From Octopus vulgaris (lineage: Eukaryota), in NCBI GenBank assembly GCA_951406725.2, contig OX597827.1:37200001-37264000 (forward strand): DNA of 64,000 bases, given 5' to 3'. Both the position numbers and the translations under genes were made by a program. Below, piece by piece: positions 14,890 through 25,848 of this stretch (position 1 is its first letter; each line of letters starts with the position of its first letter). Under the pieces are notes generated by a model. The model was not told where the DNA came from. It worked only from the letters and a program-made list of their open reading frames with translations, and made no database searches.

Positions 14890-15330
14890 CTCTTAGGGAG
14901 GTGTGTGTCAGGCATTTGAACAAAGTAGCCTGCCCACTTAATCTGTGCTCTCCTCAGCAGTATGTAGATTCTTGGCAGATCAGCTTGGGAGATGACTTCT
15001 GTGTCTGGGACCTTGTTTTACCAGGTGATTTTCAATAGCTTTCTCAGGTAGTTCTTGTGGAAGCTGTCTAGCTTGGTGTGACATTTATAAATCAACCAAG
15101 TCTCATAGGCATACAGTACAGTAGACAGTACAACTGCTTGGTACACCTTCAACCTGGTGGTCAGCTTAATGCCTTTGATTCATGTAGCCACCCAAATGGT
15201 GAGTTTCTCTTGGCAATGCACATGTTAACTTCATTATCAATGTTCACAGATATCGAGAGTCTACTGATGAGATATATGAACTTATCAACAACCTTTAGGT
15301 TTTTACGTTCAACAGTGATAGCTTCTGTGG
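14890..15330 (-). mobile_element. RTE/BovB-like LINE, post-RT C-terminal fragment
   Basis: GIKLTTRLKVYQAVVLSTVLYAYETW..FHKNYLRKLLKITW*NKVPDTEV..IKWAG. Confidence 0.85.
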
Positions 15331-15999
15331 GGCAGGTTGGTACATTACCTCTGTCTTCTAAGTACAGATTGTTGTTTTTTAGTTCGTTGTTAATTTCTCA
15401 CTCTTCTTGAATGGTGTTGGATTTGGGTTTAGGGTATGATAGTTCAGAATATGTGATGTTAGATATTAAAATCACAGAGATTAATGTTTTGTTCCTATCT
15501 TTTGTTGGGCTGTAGTTGCTTTTATTTTGTATAAATGATTTGTCGTTTTCCTTGTCAAAAGTGGAGATATTGTTCCATACTCGAATGAAGTTGGAGTGCT
15601 GTGGTGCTAGAGTGTATTTTATACCTTTTGAGAGGACTTAAATTTGTTCTATTGTAAAAGTTTTGTATGAAAGATTCTTTTATTTATCACACTGCATTTG
15701 TGCTGCCTGGTGTCACAAATTCTGTTGGCTGGATTTGAAACATTATCTTTTAATTTTGTCATTCTGCTATGTTTCTATATTTGCTGACAATTTTCCTGTT
15801 TTTATCAAGTTTTCTATCAAATTATCAAGTAACATTTGTCTTCATTTTTAGGTTCAGAGTGTGGCTGGTCCTGTCTAAGATTGTTTTTCATATACAAAAT
15901 CTCAGGAGTTCTTCAGTATAAAACAGAGCACCTGTTCTTTTGTATCTATTGAAATATGTGATGTAGTATGCAACAATTGTTCCCTGTTTTAAATGTATG

Positions 16000-16460
16000 G
16001 AAATCTTATGTCAAAGTTCCATATGTCATTGGCATATCTAACTGTTTGGTCATTCTTAACTTGTTCTGAGTTTTATATGTTTGTGGTCTGCTGTTAAATA
16101 AGGCAAGTTTGGATTTAATTTTATGATTTATTACCAGTGTCAACTTACAATCTGTTTTCTGTTCAATGAGATTTTTTATTATGTGTTTATGTGTACTGTC
16201 TGGTATGCATTTCATTGTATGATAGATTTGCTTGTAATATGTATATTTATAGTAGGTTTTTATGGTAGGGGGTACTGTCTAATGTATTTGCTGCATTGTA
16301 TTTCTTTTTATACTCATCTATAGTTTGTTCTGCTAGAATGGTTGAATATTCTTTCCTAGTCTGTTTTATTCCATGAATTTCTTTGTCTAGTGTTTTCATT
16401 TTGGAAGAGAATCTAAATGCTCTCCTTAACAACAATGTTATCACTGACATTTCGTAGATA
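16000..16460 (-). mobile_element. Highly decayed PLE RT thumb relic
   Basis: SVITLLLRRAFRFSS..LDKEIHGIKQ resembles the PLE thumb pattern LxxRAxxISS..EIxxIK. Confidence 0.4.
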
Positions 16461-16489
16461 TGTAAACATTCATTATTTCCATGTAGGTA

Positions 16490-16722
16490 TCTTTTCTTTC
16501 ACTTGTTTCAGTCATTAGACTGCAGCCATGCTAAGTAGAGCACCAACTTAAAGGGTTTTAGTTGAATAGATCGACCCCATGGCTTATTTTTATAAAGCCT
16601 GGTACTTATTCTATCAGTTTCTTATGTTGAACTGCTAAGTTACAGGATGTAAACAAGCCAACACCAGTTGCCCAGCAGTTGTGGGGGACAAACACTCACA
16701 CATATGTGTGTATATATATATA
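16490..16722 (-). mobile_element. 3' half of a split SINE family 1 copy
   Basis: Runs from the tail to the internal microsatellite; the matching 5' half resumes at 22665. Confidence 0.8.
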
Positions 16723-17802
16723 TTTCGTTGTGTTAATTGTCCTGTACTCCATTTTTTGTTGTTTTTAAAAAAATGTCCAGTTCCTTTGGTTTGTGTCTAT
16801 GTTTTCGTTTCTCTTTGTGTTCGACGTCCCTTTGGTGTCCTGTACTCATATATGCGTGTATATGTACATGTAGAGGTAGGTACGTACATATATGTTTATA
16901 TATATGCATATGTTTTATTTCATTTATTAATATATTATATGACTAAACGCACGCACCCTCTTAAGTAAGATTGTTCTGTATATCAAGTTTTTGTCTTGAT
17001 ATTAACTCTCACGCGAACTCTTCACCTTTCTGTCCCATTCCTATTCTTTGATTTTCTTTTTCCCCCACTTAACTCGTCTCTTCCTCTCTCTCTCATTCTT
17101 CACTCTCTCTCTCCCCTCACCATTCTTCATGGTCTCCTCGCAGCCATTCCTCTTCTTCTCTCCCTTCCTCTTGCTCCTCCTCCCCCCTTCCCGTCGTCCA
17201 CCCGCGACGATACTTCCGCCCTGACTGTCTTTTTGGCCTGGCCTTCAAGGTAACTGGACGACATTCTTCCTGCTCTCCTGTCGTTCACAAAAAATTCTGC
17301 GTTTGCAATACTTTTTTCGTTCGGCGCCAACAGCCCTTCTTATCTTGTTTTTCCCTGTCCTGTCTTTTACTGTTATATTTTTTTACTGTTTATTTTTTAC
17401 TGTTTATATTTTTGTACTGTCGTTACTGTCCTGTTTTTTTACCATTTTTTTACAATTTTTTACCCCTCTGCGAAAAGATCTCAGAATTTTAATTGATTTG
17501 CTTTTCGCAGGAAGGAAAGTTTCTTGTCGAAGATACGTCTCGCTTTTATCCTTCGAAACGTAGAGTAGATGAAACCTTAGCGACTGAAGAAGGGGTTTTT
17601 TCGTTGTGTTAAATGACCTGTACTCCATTTTTTGTTGTTTTTAAAAAAATGTCCAGTTCCTTTGGTTTGTGTCTATGTTTTCGTTTCTCTTTGTGTTCGA
17701 CGTCCCTTTGGTGTCCTGTACTCATATATGCGTGTATATGTACATGTAGAGGTAGGTACGTACATATATGTTTATATATATGCATATGTTTTATTTCATT
17801 TA

Positions 17803-17811
<9 letters not shown>
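16723..17811 (+). mobile_element. Non-coding element with ~213-bp direct terminal repeats (876-bp period), inserted in (TA)n; probable non-autonomous PLE
   Basis: 16723-16935 matches 17599-17811 with two mismatches seen; (TA)n on both sides. Confidence 0.75.
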
Positions 17812-17840
<29 letters not shown>

Positions 17841-18501
17841 TTGAGTTGTGGGGTATCGCACGAGTGGGATTATATAAGAAAAAAGGTTTGAAAATGCAAT
17901 TTAAACGATGTTTATTTACTTAACCGGTTTCACTCTTTGGTAAAAGATTGTCAAAAGTAACATTTAAGGAAACATTAAATAATATGGGTTCAAAAAAGTT
18001 TTTTACATAATTGTCACATTGAATATTATGCATTCAAAAAAGTTTTTTACATAATTGTCACATTGGATATTATGAATTCAAAAATGTTTTTTTATACATA
18101 ATTGTCACATTACATGTATAAATATAGTGTTTGGTAACAGAGAAGTTCAATAGTGTGATGAGAATATTTGGGAAAATTTGGCAGAAAAGGATAAAACAAA
18201 TATATTATTGGGAATTGGTTGCGTTAATTATTGGTTGTCGCAAATTGTCACATTACATGTATATATATACAGTCTTTGGTATATATATACAGCCTTTTGA
18301 CAGCAAAAATTAAAATGGATTTTTTATACATCTCAGAATATTTTAAGTTCAAGGCGAGAATATGTTTTTACTGACCTGTCGGTATTAGCAGAAAGGCTGA
18401 ACTGAGAGAAAAGAAGAAGTAGCCAATGTGGTGTATACTTCCCCTTTATGCATGAATGATTTTGGGGTTATCAGGAGGTTAGTATGCGGTGTGAATAGAT
18501 G

Positions 18502-18754
18502 CCACGAAGACTACTTAGGGCAAACGAGCCTTACCCTCAGAGAAAGAATGACAGTTCACCGACAACAACTGAGGGACCCCTCCACAAGACAGATACCACT
18601 GAGTGGACACTTAGACCTTTGTGCACACAATAAGTCCCCCAAATTCTTAGTCTTCCCACTATACCAATGCTCGGACAACACCACAGACCAAACACGAATA
18701 AATAAGGAAAGTAATCTTATTCAAAAATACAGACCACAACTAAACATACTCTAA
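18502..18754 (+). pseudogene. PLE GIY-YIG endonuclease, C-terminal fragment
   Basis: CHEDYLGQTSLTLRERMTVH..LSGHL..RINKESNLIQKYRPQLN. Confidence 0.85.
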
Positions 18755-18904
18755 CATACCCCCTGGAAACACATCCAGAGCAAGCACACAGGGACGCGCG
18801 CACGCTCACAGCATATCGTGCGGGCGGGCACATGCGCGCATCGGCACGCATAGGACACACTAGCGGGCATTGACCGCACACATACGTGGCATGCACACGC
18901 ATGC

Positions 18905-19171
18905 ATTATATATATGTAGGTGATGTATGTGTGTGAGTGTTGTGTGTGTGTGTGTGTGCGTGTGTGTGTGTGTGTGTGTGTGCGCGGGTGTATTTATATA
19001 TGTGTGTGTGTGTGCACTGTGTGCGTGTGTGTGTATATGTGTGTGTGCGCGCGCGTTGTGTGTGTGTGTGTGCACGTGTGTATATATGTGTGTGTGTGTG
19101 CGGGTGTGTGTGTATGTGTGTGTGTGTGTGTGAGCATTGTGTACGTGTGTATGTATTTACATGTGTATTTG

Positions 19172-19214
<43 letters not shown>

Positions 19215-20229
19215 ATATGCATGGTATGTGTGTGTGTGTATATGCATGGTATGTGTGTATATGTTAGTACTTTGTTTGTGTGTGTGTGCGGTATGTAGAG
19301 ATATATTTGAGTGTGTACGCTATAGGTTTGTAATTTGTGTGGGGGGTGTGTGAATTTTTTATATATATATATGTGTGTGTATGTGTGTGAAAAAATATAT
19401 GTATGTGCATGTATGTATGTGTGTATGTGTGTGTATATATATGTATATATATGTATATATATATGTGTGTGTGTATGTGTGTGTGTGTATATTTATTTGC
19501 ATGTTTATGTGTGTATAAACATGTACATTATTTGCATGCGCATTGTGTATATGTATATTGTATGTATGTGTATTGGATATGTATGTGTACAATTAAGTGT
19601 ATATATGTGTGTGTATGTGTGCATTGTATATATGTATATTGTAGGTGTGCTATATATGCATGAATACATGTATATGCATTGCGTGTATATATATGTATGC
19701 ATTGTGTATGTATGTTATGTGTGTGTGTGTGTATATATATATTATATGTGTGCGTACGTGTATGTGTATGCATTGTATGTATGTGTGTTGTGTGTATATG
19801 TGGTACATCTATGTATGTGTATGTAAACACTATTTATATGTATATATGTATATGCATTGTCTATATATATATATATTATATGTATGTATTGCGTATGTAT
19901 ATTGCATGCATATATTGTGTATGTGTATTATTTACATGCTGTATGTGTGTATTGTATGTGTATATATATGCTAGGTGTATTTGTGTGATATTTATATTAT
20001 GTATGTATGTGTGCGTGTGTTGTGTGTGTGTGTGTGTGTGTTGTGTGTGTATATGTGTGTTATATATCTGTGTATATTATATATAGATACATGTTATATT
20101 TGTGTGCTGTGTGTATATGTGATATATGTGGGTGCGTTGTGTGTGGGTGTGTGTGTTCTGTGTGTGTGTGTGTGTGTTGTTTGTATGTGGTGTGTGTTTG
20201 TATACTATGTGTGTGTGTGTGTGTGTTGT

Positions 20230-20261
<32 letters not shown>

Positions 20262-20265
20262 TGTG
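18905..20265. repeat. ~1.35-kb degenerate (TG)/(TA) microsatellite inside the PLE 3' region
   Basis: Seen directly. Confidence 0.95.
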
Positions 20266-20844
20266 TGACAAACAGACACTATCTGACCAGCAGGCACGGA
20301 CACATCTATTCACACCCGCATACTAACCCCCTGATAACCCCAAAATCATTCATGCATAAAGGGGAAGTATACACCACATTGGCTACTTCTTCTTTTCTCT
20401 CAGTTCAGCCTTTCTGCTAATACCGACAGGTCAGTAAAAACATATTCTCGCCTTGAACTTAAAATATTCTGAGATGTATAAAAAATCCATTTTAATTTTT
20501 GCTGTCAAAAGGCTGTATATATATACCAAAGACTGTATATATATACATGTAATGTGACAATTTGCGACAACCAATAATTAACGCAACCAATTCCCAATAA
20601 TATATTTGTTTTATCCTTTTCTGCCAAATTTTCCCAAATATTCTCATCACACTATTGAACTTCTCTGTTACCAAACACTATATTTATACATGTAATGTGA
20701 CAATTATGTATAAAAAAACATTTTTGAATTCATAATATCCAATGTGACAATTATGTAAAAAACTTTTTTGAATGCATAATATTCAATGTGACAATTATGT
20801 AAAAAACTTTTTTGAACCCATATTATTCAATGTTTCCTTAAATG

Positions 20845-20889
20845 TTACTTTTGACAATCTTTTACCAAAGAGTGAAACCGGTTAAGTAA
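20845..20889 (+). ncRNA. Degenerate hammerhead-like motif (mirror copy 17916-17960, minus)
   Basis: ttactt-TTGACAA-tcttt(tacc)aaaga-gt-GAAACCGGTT-aagtaa: 6-bp stem I and palindromic stem III; core and base of stem II are non-canonical. Confidence 0.5.
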
Positions 20890-20926
20890 ATAAACATCGT
20901 TTAAATTGCATTTTCAAACCTTTTTT

Positions 20927-20969
<43 letters not shown>

Positions 20970-20972
<3 letters not shown>

Positions 20973-21054
20973 GGAGTATATCCAAACTTACAGGGAAAAA
21001 TTAGATTTAGGATTAAATCAAATTTCACAGTATAAATATCTCTAATTTAATTTA

Positions 21055-21055
<1 letters not shown>
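20970..21055 (+). repeat. Short dispersed repeat found beside microsatellites
   Basis: AGGGAGTAT..AAACTTACAGGGAAAAATTAGATTTAG..AAATTTCACAGTATA recurs at 35903-35975 (+) and 57933-58005 (-). Confidence 0.75.
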
Positions 21056-21086
<31 letters not shown>

Positions 21087-21087
21087 A

Positions 21088-22410
21088 CAGGAAGCATTAT
21101 GAAAATAGACAAAAGACGAAGGCAGGTTTACGGAAATAAACAAAAGACGAAGGCAGGTGGAATACAAACAAACAATTGTATTAGTATGGCGCTCAGGAAA
21201 TATAAATAAAACAAGTCTTTAACGTTTCGAGCCTACGCTCTTCAACAGAAAGATACACAGAGAAAAAAACACAGAAAGAAGGAGAGAAAAAAAATGCGTG
21301 CAGAGGCTAGCGAATCAACATGGCGATCTGATTTCGGCCAGAAGTCAAAGATCAAACGTGAGACGCAAGAGCGAAATTAGGGGAGATAATAGGGTTAAGT
21401 GACCTAGCTCCAACATAAGAGTGTGTGTGTGTGTATGAGAGAGTATTAGTGCGTATGAGAGGTCTGGACGTGTGTATGTATATATGATGTGATGTGTAAA
21501 GTCGTATGGTGTAGTGTAGAGAGAGGAGATGAGGGAAGAGGGGGGTAATGGGGGGAGAGGTGAGGGTGGGGGGAGAAAGAAAGGGGAGAAGGAAGGAGAG
21601 GGGAGAGGAGGAGGGAGGATAGAGGGAGAGGGAGAGAGAGAGAAAGGGAGTGAGTGAGTAGAGAGAAAGAGGGAAGGGGAAGAGGGAAGAAGGAGGGAGG
21701 GAGAAAGAGGGAAGAGGAGTAGGGGTGAAAGGATGAAGGACTGAAGAGAAGTAGGGGTCGGGGGGAGGTTAGATGAAGAGGGCGGAGAGGGGGGGTTAGA
21801 TGAGGAGGGGGGAGAGTTGAGACCAAATGGCGTATAAGAGCGAAGAGAGAAGATTAATTCCTGTTCACGGCGCAAACGGAAATCCGGATGGCCTCTGTGT
21901 AAGGACAAACCGAACATAGACAGGTGTTGCAAGGAGTGACCGGTGGAGCGGAAATGGCGTGAGACCGGTGTGTCGTTCACAAGGCGGATGTCACGAAGGT
22001 GTTCCGCGAACCGGTCAGCCAAGCGGCGTCCCGTTTGTCCGATGTACAGGGAATGGCAGAGAGAGCAAGAGACGCAATAGATAATATTGCTGGAGGTGCC
22101 GGTGAAGGAGTTGATGATGCGATAGGGTCGATGATGGGTGCCAGTGAGGAGGGTGGTGTTGGAGAGGTAAGGGCAAGTGCGGCAACGTGGGCGGGAGCAG
22201 GGGAACGAGCCAGGTTGGGAGGTAGGTTCAGGGAAGGAGCTATGGACCAAAAGGTCTCGAAGGTTATGGGCTCGTTTGAAAGAGGGGAGGGGTCGGTTAG
22301 GGAAGAGGTGTGAAGTGGACGGGTCGGACTGGAGATGACGGAAAGCTCGAAGAATGGTGCGTTGGAGAGGTAGGGTCGTGGGGTGGTAAGTGAGGGGAAA
22401 AGGGAGGCGT
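21088..22410 (-). mobile_element. 3' part of a Neptune-like PLE: linker, Cys knuckle, GIY-YIG and 3' UTR
   Basis: RLPFPLTYHP..FKRAHNLRDLLVHS..CSRPRCRTC..NIIYCVSCSLCHSLYIGQTGRRLADRFAEH..RREQELIFSL..PFGLN. Confidence 0.9.
21216..21253 (-). ncRNA. Minimal type I hammerhead ribozyme motif
   Basis: Minus strand tcttt-CTGTTGA-A-GAGC(gtag)GCTC-GAAACGTT-aaaga; stems I and II pair perfectly; A6 is U. Confidence 0.72.
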
Positions 22411-22625
22411 TTTCTCTATAAGACCTTTGAGATATTGCTTCTGTGCAGGGATAGGTATATTTTTCTGAGAAAAATCCAGCGGGTAAAGTTCCATCTTTTT
22501 CAGCTGTTTGTTCTTCCTACTTGTGCAGAGTCGCTCAAACTTTCATATGGAGCAGGTTACACCGGAGTAAACACATAAATGTGAAACAAGGTGGAAAAAA
22601 GAGTACTCAAATACCAGTGGTAGAG

Positions 22626-22628
<3 letters not shown>
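22405..22628 (-). mobile_element. 5' UTR and ORF start of a second PLE family
   Basis: MELYPLDFSQKNIPIPAQKQYLKGLIEKT, homologous to the decayed N-terminus at about 52575; bounded by (TA)n. Confidence 0.65.
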
Positions 22629-22664
<36 letters not shown>

Positions 22665-22670
<6 letters not shown>

Positions 22671-22788
22671 GTGGGTTTCTTTTGGTTTCCATCGACCAGA
22701 ACCAGCCCAAGGTGCTACATAGTGGGACTGAACTCGCAACCATGTGATTTGGAAATAAACTTCTTACCATACCTCTACATCTGTACCT
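22665..22788 (-). mobile_element. 5' half of the split SINE family 1 copy, internally deleted
   Basis: GGGTTTCTTTTGGTTTCCATC..GCCCAAGGTGC..GGACTGAAC..AACCATGTG..CTTACCA matches 5067-5219. Confidence 0.75.
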
Positions 22789-23113
22789 ATGTATGTGTAT
22801 TTATTTGTGTTTTTTTTTTATTGTAAACTGGTGAAATGTATCTACTCTTTTTAATCTCTGTGTTTATGTCTTGAAATGGAATCGTATTAATATTGTTTTG
22901 AATGCTGAATTTTATTACCAATTTGTTCTCTTGGTTCTCCATTACAGCTAGTATATTATCAAGAAACAGATATGAGCAAACTTTAATAAAAACAATTAAA
23001 TTAGAACATAGCTGTGTTTTCACTGTTGTGATTTAGATTCATTCATATGAAATTGTTTGCTGAAAGTTCACAGGTAGCAAGTTGTTGTCCTGTTCTTGTA
23101 TGTTTAGAATATA

Positions 23114-23507
23114 TCTTTATATATAAAAGTGAAGTTGTGTGTCTGTCTCCTACGATTTAGATTCCTAACTACTCCCACATTTTGCGGTGCAGTGTAACCA
23201 AAAGCGGGTATCTTATAGTAGTGATTCATATCGAGCTCTTCTGGGTATTAGCACGCGGCTACGATGAGTCTATGATTTTAAAAAAGATTTACCATCATTT
23301 TTTCCCATTTTTAATGCATTTTTTGCTATTATATAAGGGAAGTAACTCTCTAAAAATGTATTATTAAATCTCAGGACGTAAAAAGCTACAGTAACACCCC
23401 GCTTTGTGTTTAGCCATATTGAGATGGCTATTATACTTTACATCTCTAAAAATGCTTATATAGTTATTTCCCTTACAAACCCGAGCAACGCCGGGTGATA
23501 CTGCTAG
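23114..23507 (+). mobile_element. Non-autonomous Helitron
   Basis: A|TC start, subterminal hairpin CCCGAGCAACGCCGGG, CTAG|T end. Confidence 0.88.
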
Positions 23508-25003
23508 TATATAAATAAATACATACAAACACCCCACCCCACACATATATATATATAGCTCCCTAGCATATCAGTTTAAAGTCCAACCCGTGCCACCATG
23601 GGAAAACAGACGTTAAATGATGATGATGATAATGATGATATATGTATGTATGTATGTATATAACTCTCCCAGCTGTAACATTAGTAGGTAGGTTTGTCTT
23701 TTATTATGTTCTATTTTGTGAGAAATTCTAAGTGTTAAATTTTCTCTTTATTCACTTGAAGAAAACAGATTTTTGCATGATGTAACACCTTTGTTCACCA
23801 ATAAGGAACACATCTATTACTTCTGCCCACTCTACCCAATTTTACTATTCCCTTCACTGATCACTCTACTCCCAATACATTATGTCACCTACTGCTAATC
23901 TAACCCACTTCACTAATTGACCTATTGACTATTCTACCCTTACTTCAGTAGTTCAACCACTGACCAGATTACCCACCAAATTTATTCCTCCATAACTTGA
24001 CCACTCTATTCCTTACCTCACTACTCTTATTACTGATGATACTACCTGTTTCTCTATTCCATCAGCTGGTCATTCTATAACTGTCAGACATTCTAGGGAC
24101 AGAAGGAAAATCTCTCAGACAATAACAATATCAATGTAAAATGTATGTAAAACCGATTCTATTATTCCATACTTAATACCTAGTATTCATTCAAACAATG
24201 GCAATATTTTATATGTCATTACTTTAATTTATCATCAAGTTGACTACAGAGATCCAAGCATCAAGATGTGTCATAACACACAATTATATCGCACACAGAT
24301 GTTTACATTAGCTACTTGAACAAACTTATGTTGGTATTCACATACACCTATAAATTTCATATATACATGTGTGTGTGTGTGTGTGCATATATGTATAATA
24401 TAGCTACTGCTAAAGTGAAGAGACACATAAAATGAAATTAAGTTCCATATTGAAATAAATACATTAGATATTCTATAAATATGTTGCTTGATTTTATTTA
24501 CGAGTGTCTCTCCATTTTGGCTGCACATATATATATGTTGTGATTTTAGTAGAGTACCTGTGCTCTCAACAATGATGGTTGGTGTTTTACTAGACTTTGT
24601 GATAATTATAACATTTTGGTTTGTATTTATAAACATTAGATTTTTCCAATTGGTGGTATTGTTGAAAAATGTACACGATGAAAGTTGTTGATGAGAGTAT
24701 GAGAATATAAATAAAAATGCCAAAACAAGAAAAATAATAAAATTATGCTTATCTTCCCTTCCCCCCTCCCAATATTGTGCTGATTTGATTACTTTTAGTA
24801 TTGGCAATACGTTGTAGACAACAATTTTTCGTTATTATACATTTTGTTAATTTCTACTATAAGTTCTTTACCTAACTACACAAATGTTGTACATGTATAT
24901 ATATTCAAAACTAGAAAAATATAGGCATATTTACACATAGGTGCATCATCTAACAAATGGGTAACACATTTTCTAAAGGTTTTCAAGGAACAGCAGGTTT
25001 TTA

Positions 25004-25848
25004 GTATATGTAATGTCAGTGTGCATGCATGACTGAGTGTAAGTGTCCTGAGAGAAAAGTTGGGCATAAGAGGTATCAGATGTGGTGTGCAAGAGAGAAG
25101 ACTGTGATGGTATAGTCATGTGATGCATATGGATGAAGATAGCTGTGTGAAGAAGTGATGCACTCTAATGGTGAAGGGAACCTGTGGAAGAGATAGACCC
25201 AGGAAGACATGGAACAAGTGGTGAAGCACGATCTTTGAATATTGGGTCTCATGGAGGCAATGACAAGCAACTGAGATCTTTGGCAATATCCCGTGCTTGA
25301 GAAGACCGTCAGACCAAGTGAGATCGTAGTTGTGGCCAATGCCATTGATGCATACCTGGCCCGTTAAAAGCACCCTTTAAATATTAGGTAATACGCTGTG
25401 CTTATGAAGACCTGTTGAGCCAAGTGAAATCGCAGTCATGGCAGATGCTAGTGCTGTCTGACCGGACCTCATTCCAGTGCCACGTAAAAAGTATTATTCA
25501 AGTATTGGGCCTCATGGAGACAGTGACAGGTGACTAAGACCTTTGACAATATAACGTATTTGTGTAAACCTGTCAAGCCAAGTGAGACCATAGTCGTGGC
25601 TGATGTTGGTGTCAGGTCAATGGCACACGTGCCGGTGGCATGTAAAAAGTACCCACTACACTCTTGGAGTGGTTAGCATTAAGAAGGACGTCCAGCTGTA
25701 GAAGCCTTGCCAAATCAGATTGGAATTTGGTGCAGCTCTCTGGCTTACCAGTTTTCAGTCAAACCATGCAACTGATGCCAGCATGGAAAACAGATGTTAA
25801 ATCATAATGATGATGAGGAGGAGGATGGTAGTGATGAGGATGATGATG
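25004..25848 (+). mobile_element. RTE LINE 3' end
   Basis: LREKLGIRGIRCGVQERRL*WYSHVMHMDEDSCVKK..GTCGRDRPRKTW, then a repeat-containing UTR and GAT-rich tail. Confidence 0.85.

Larger units (their letters stand above)
17837..20930 (+). mobile_element. 5'-truncated PLE with inverted pseudo-LTR
   Basis: Near-perfect ~630-bp inverted arms at 17871-18501 and 20303-20930 (identical ORFs 18131+ and 20492-) enclosing a GIY-YIG fragment; (TA)n flanks. Confidence 0.9.

Noticed and set aside
16955-17565. Idea that splicing assembles a hammerhead (CTTAA|GA..GAAACGTA)
   Set aside because: The spliced core lacks the essential G5 and the stem registers do not fit.
18905-20265. TG-rich block opposite in polarity to its CA-rich flanks (possible internal inversion)
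   Set aside because: Low complexity prevents a breakpoint call and local assembly quality is uncertain.
21345-21810. Pro/Ser-rich C-terminal extension of the 301-aa ORF
   Set aside because: Read-through into a pyrimidine-rich UTR after the GIY-YIG terminus PFGLN.
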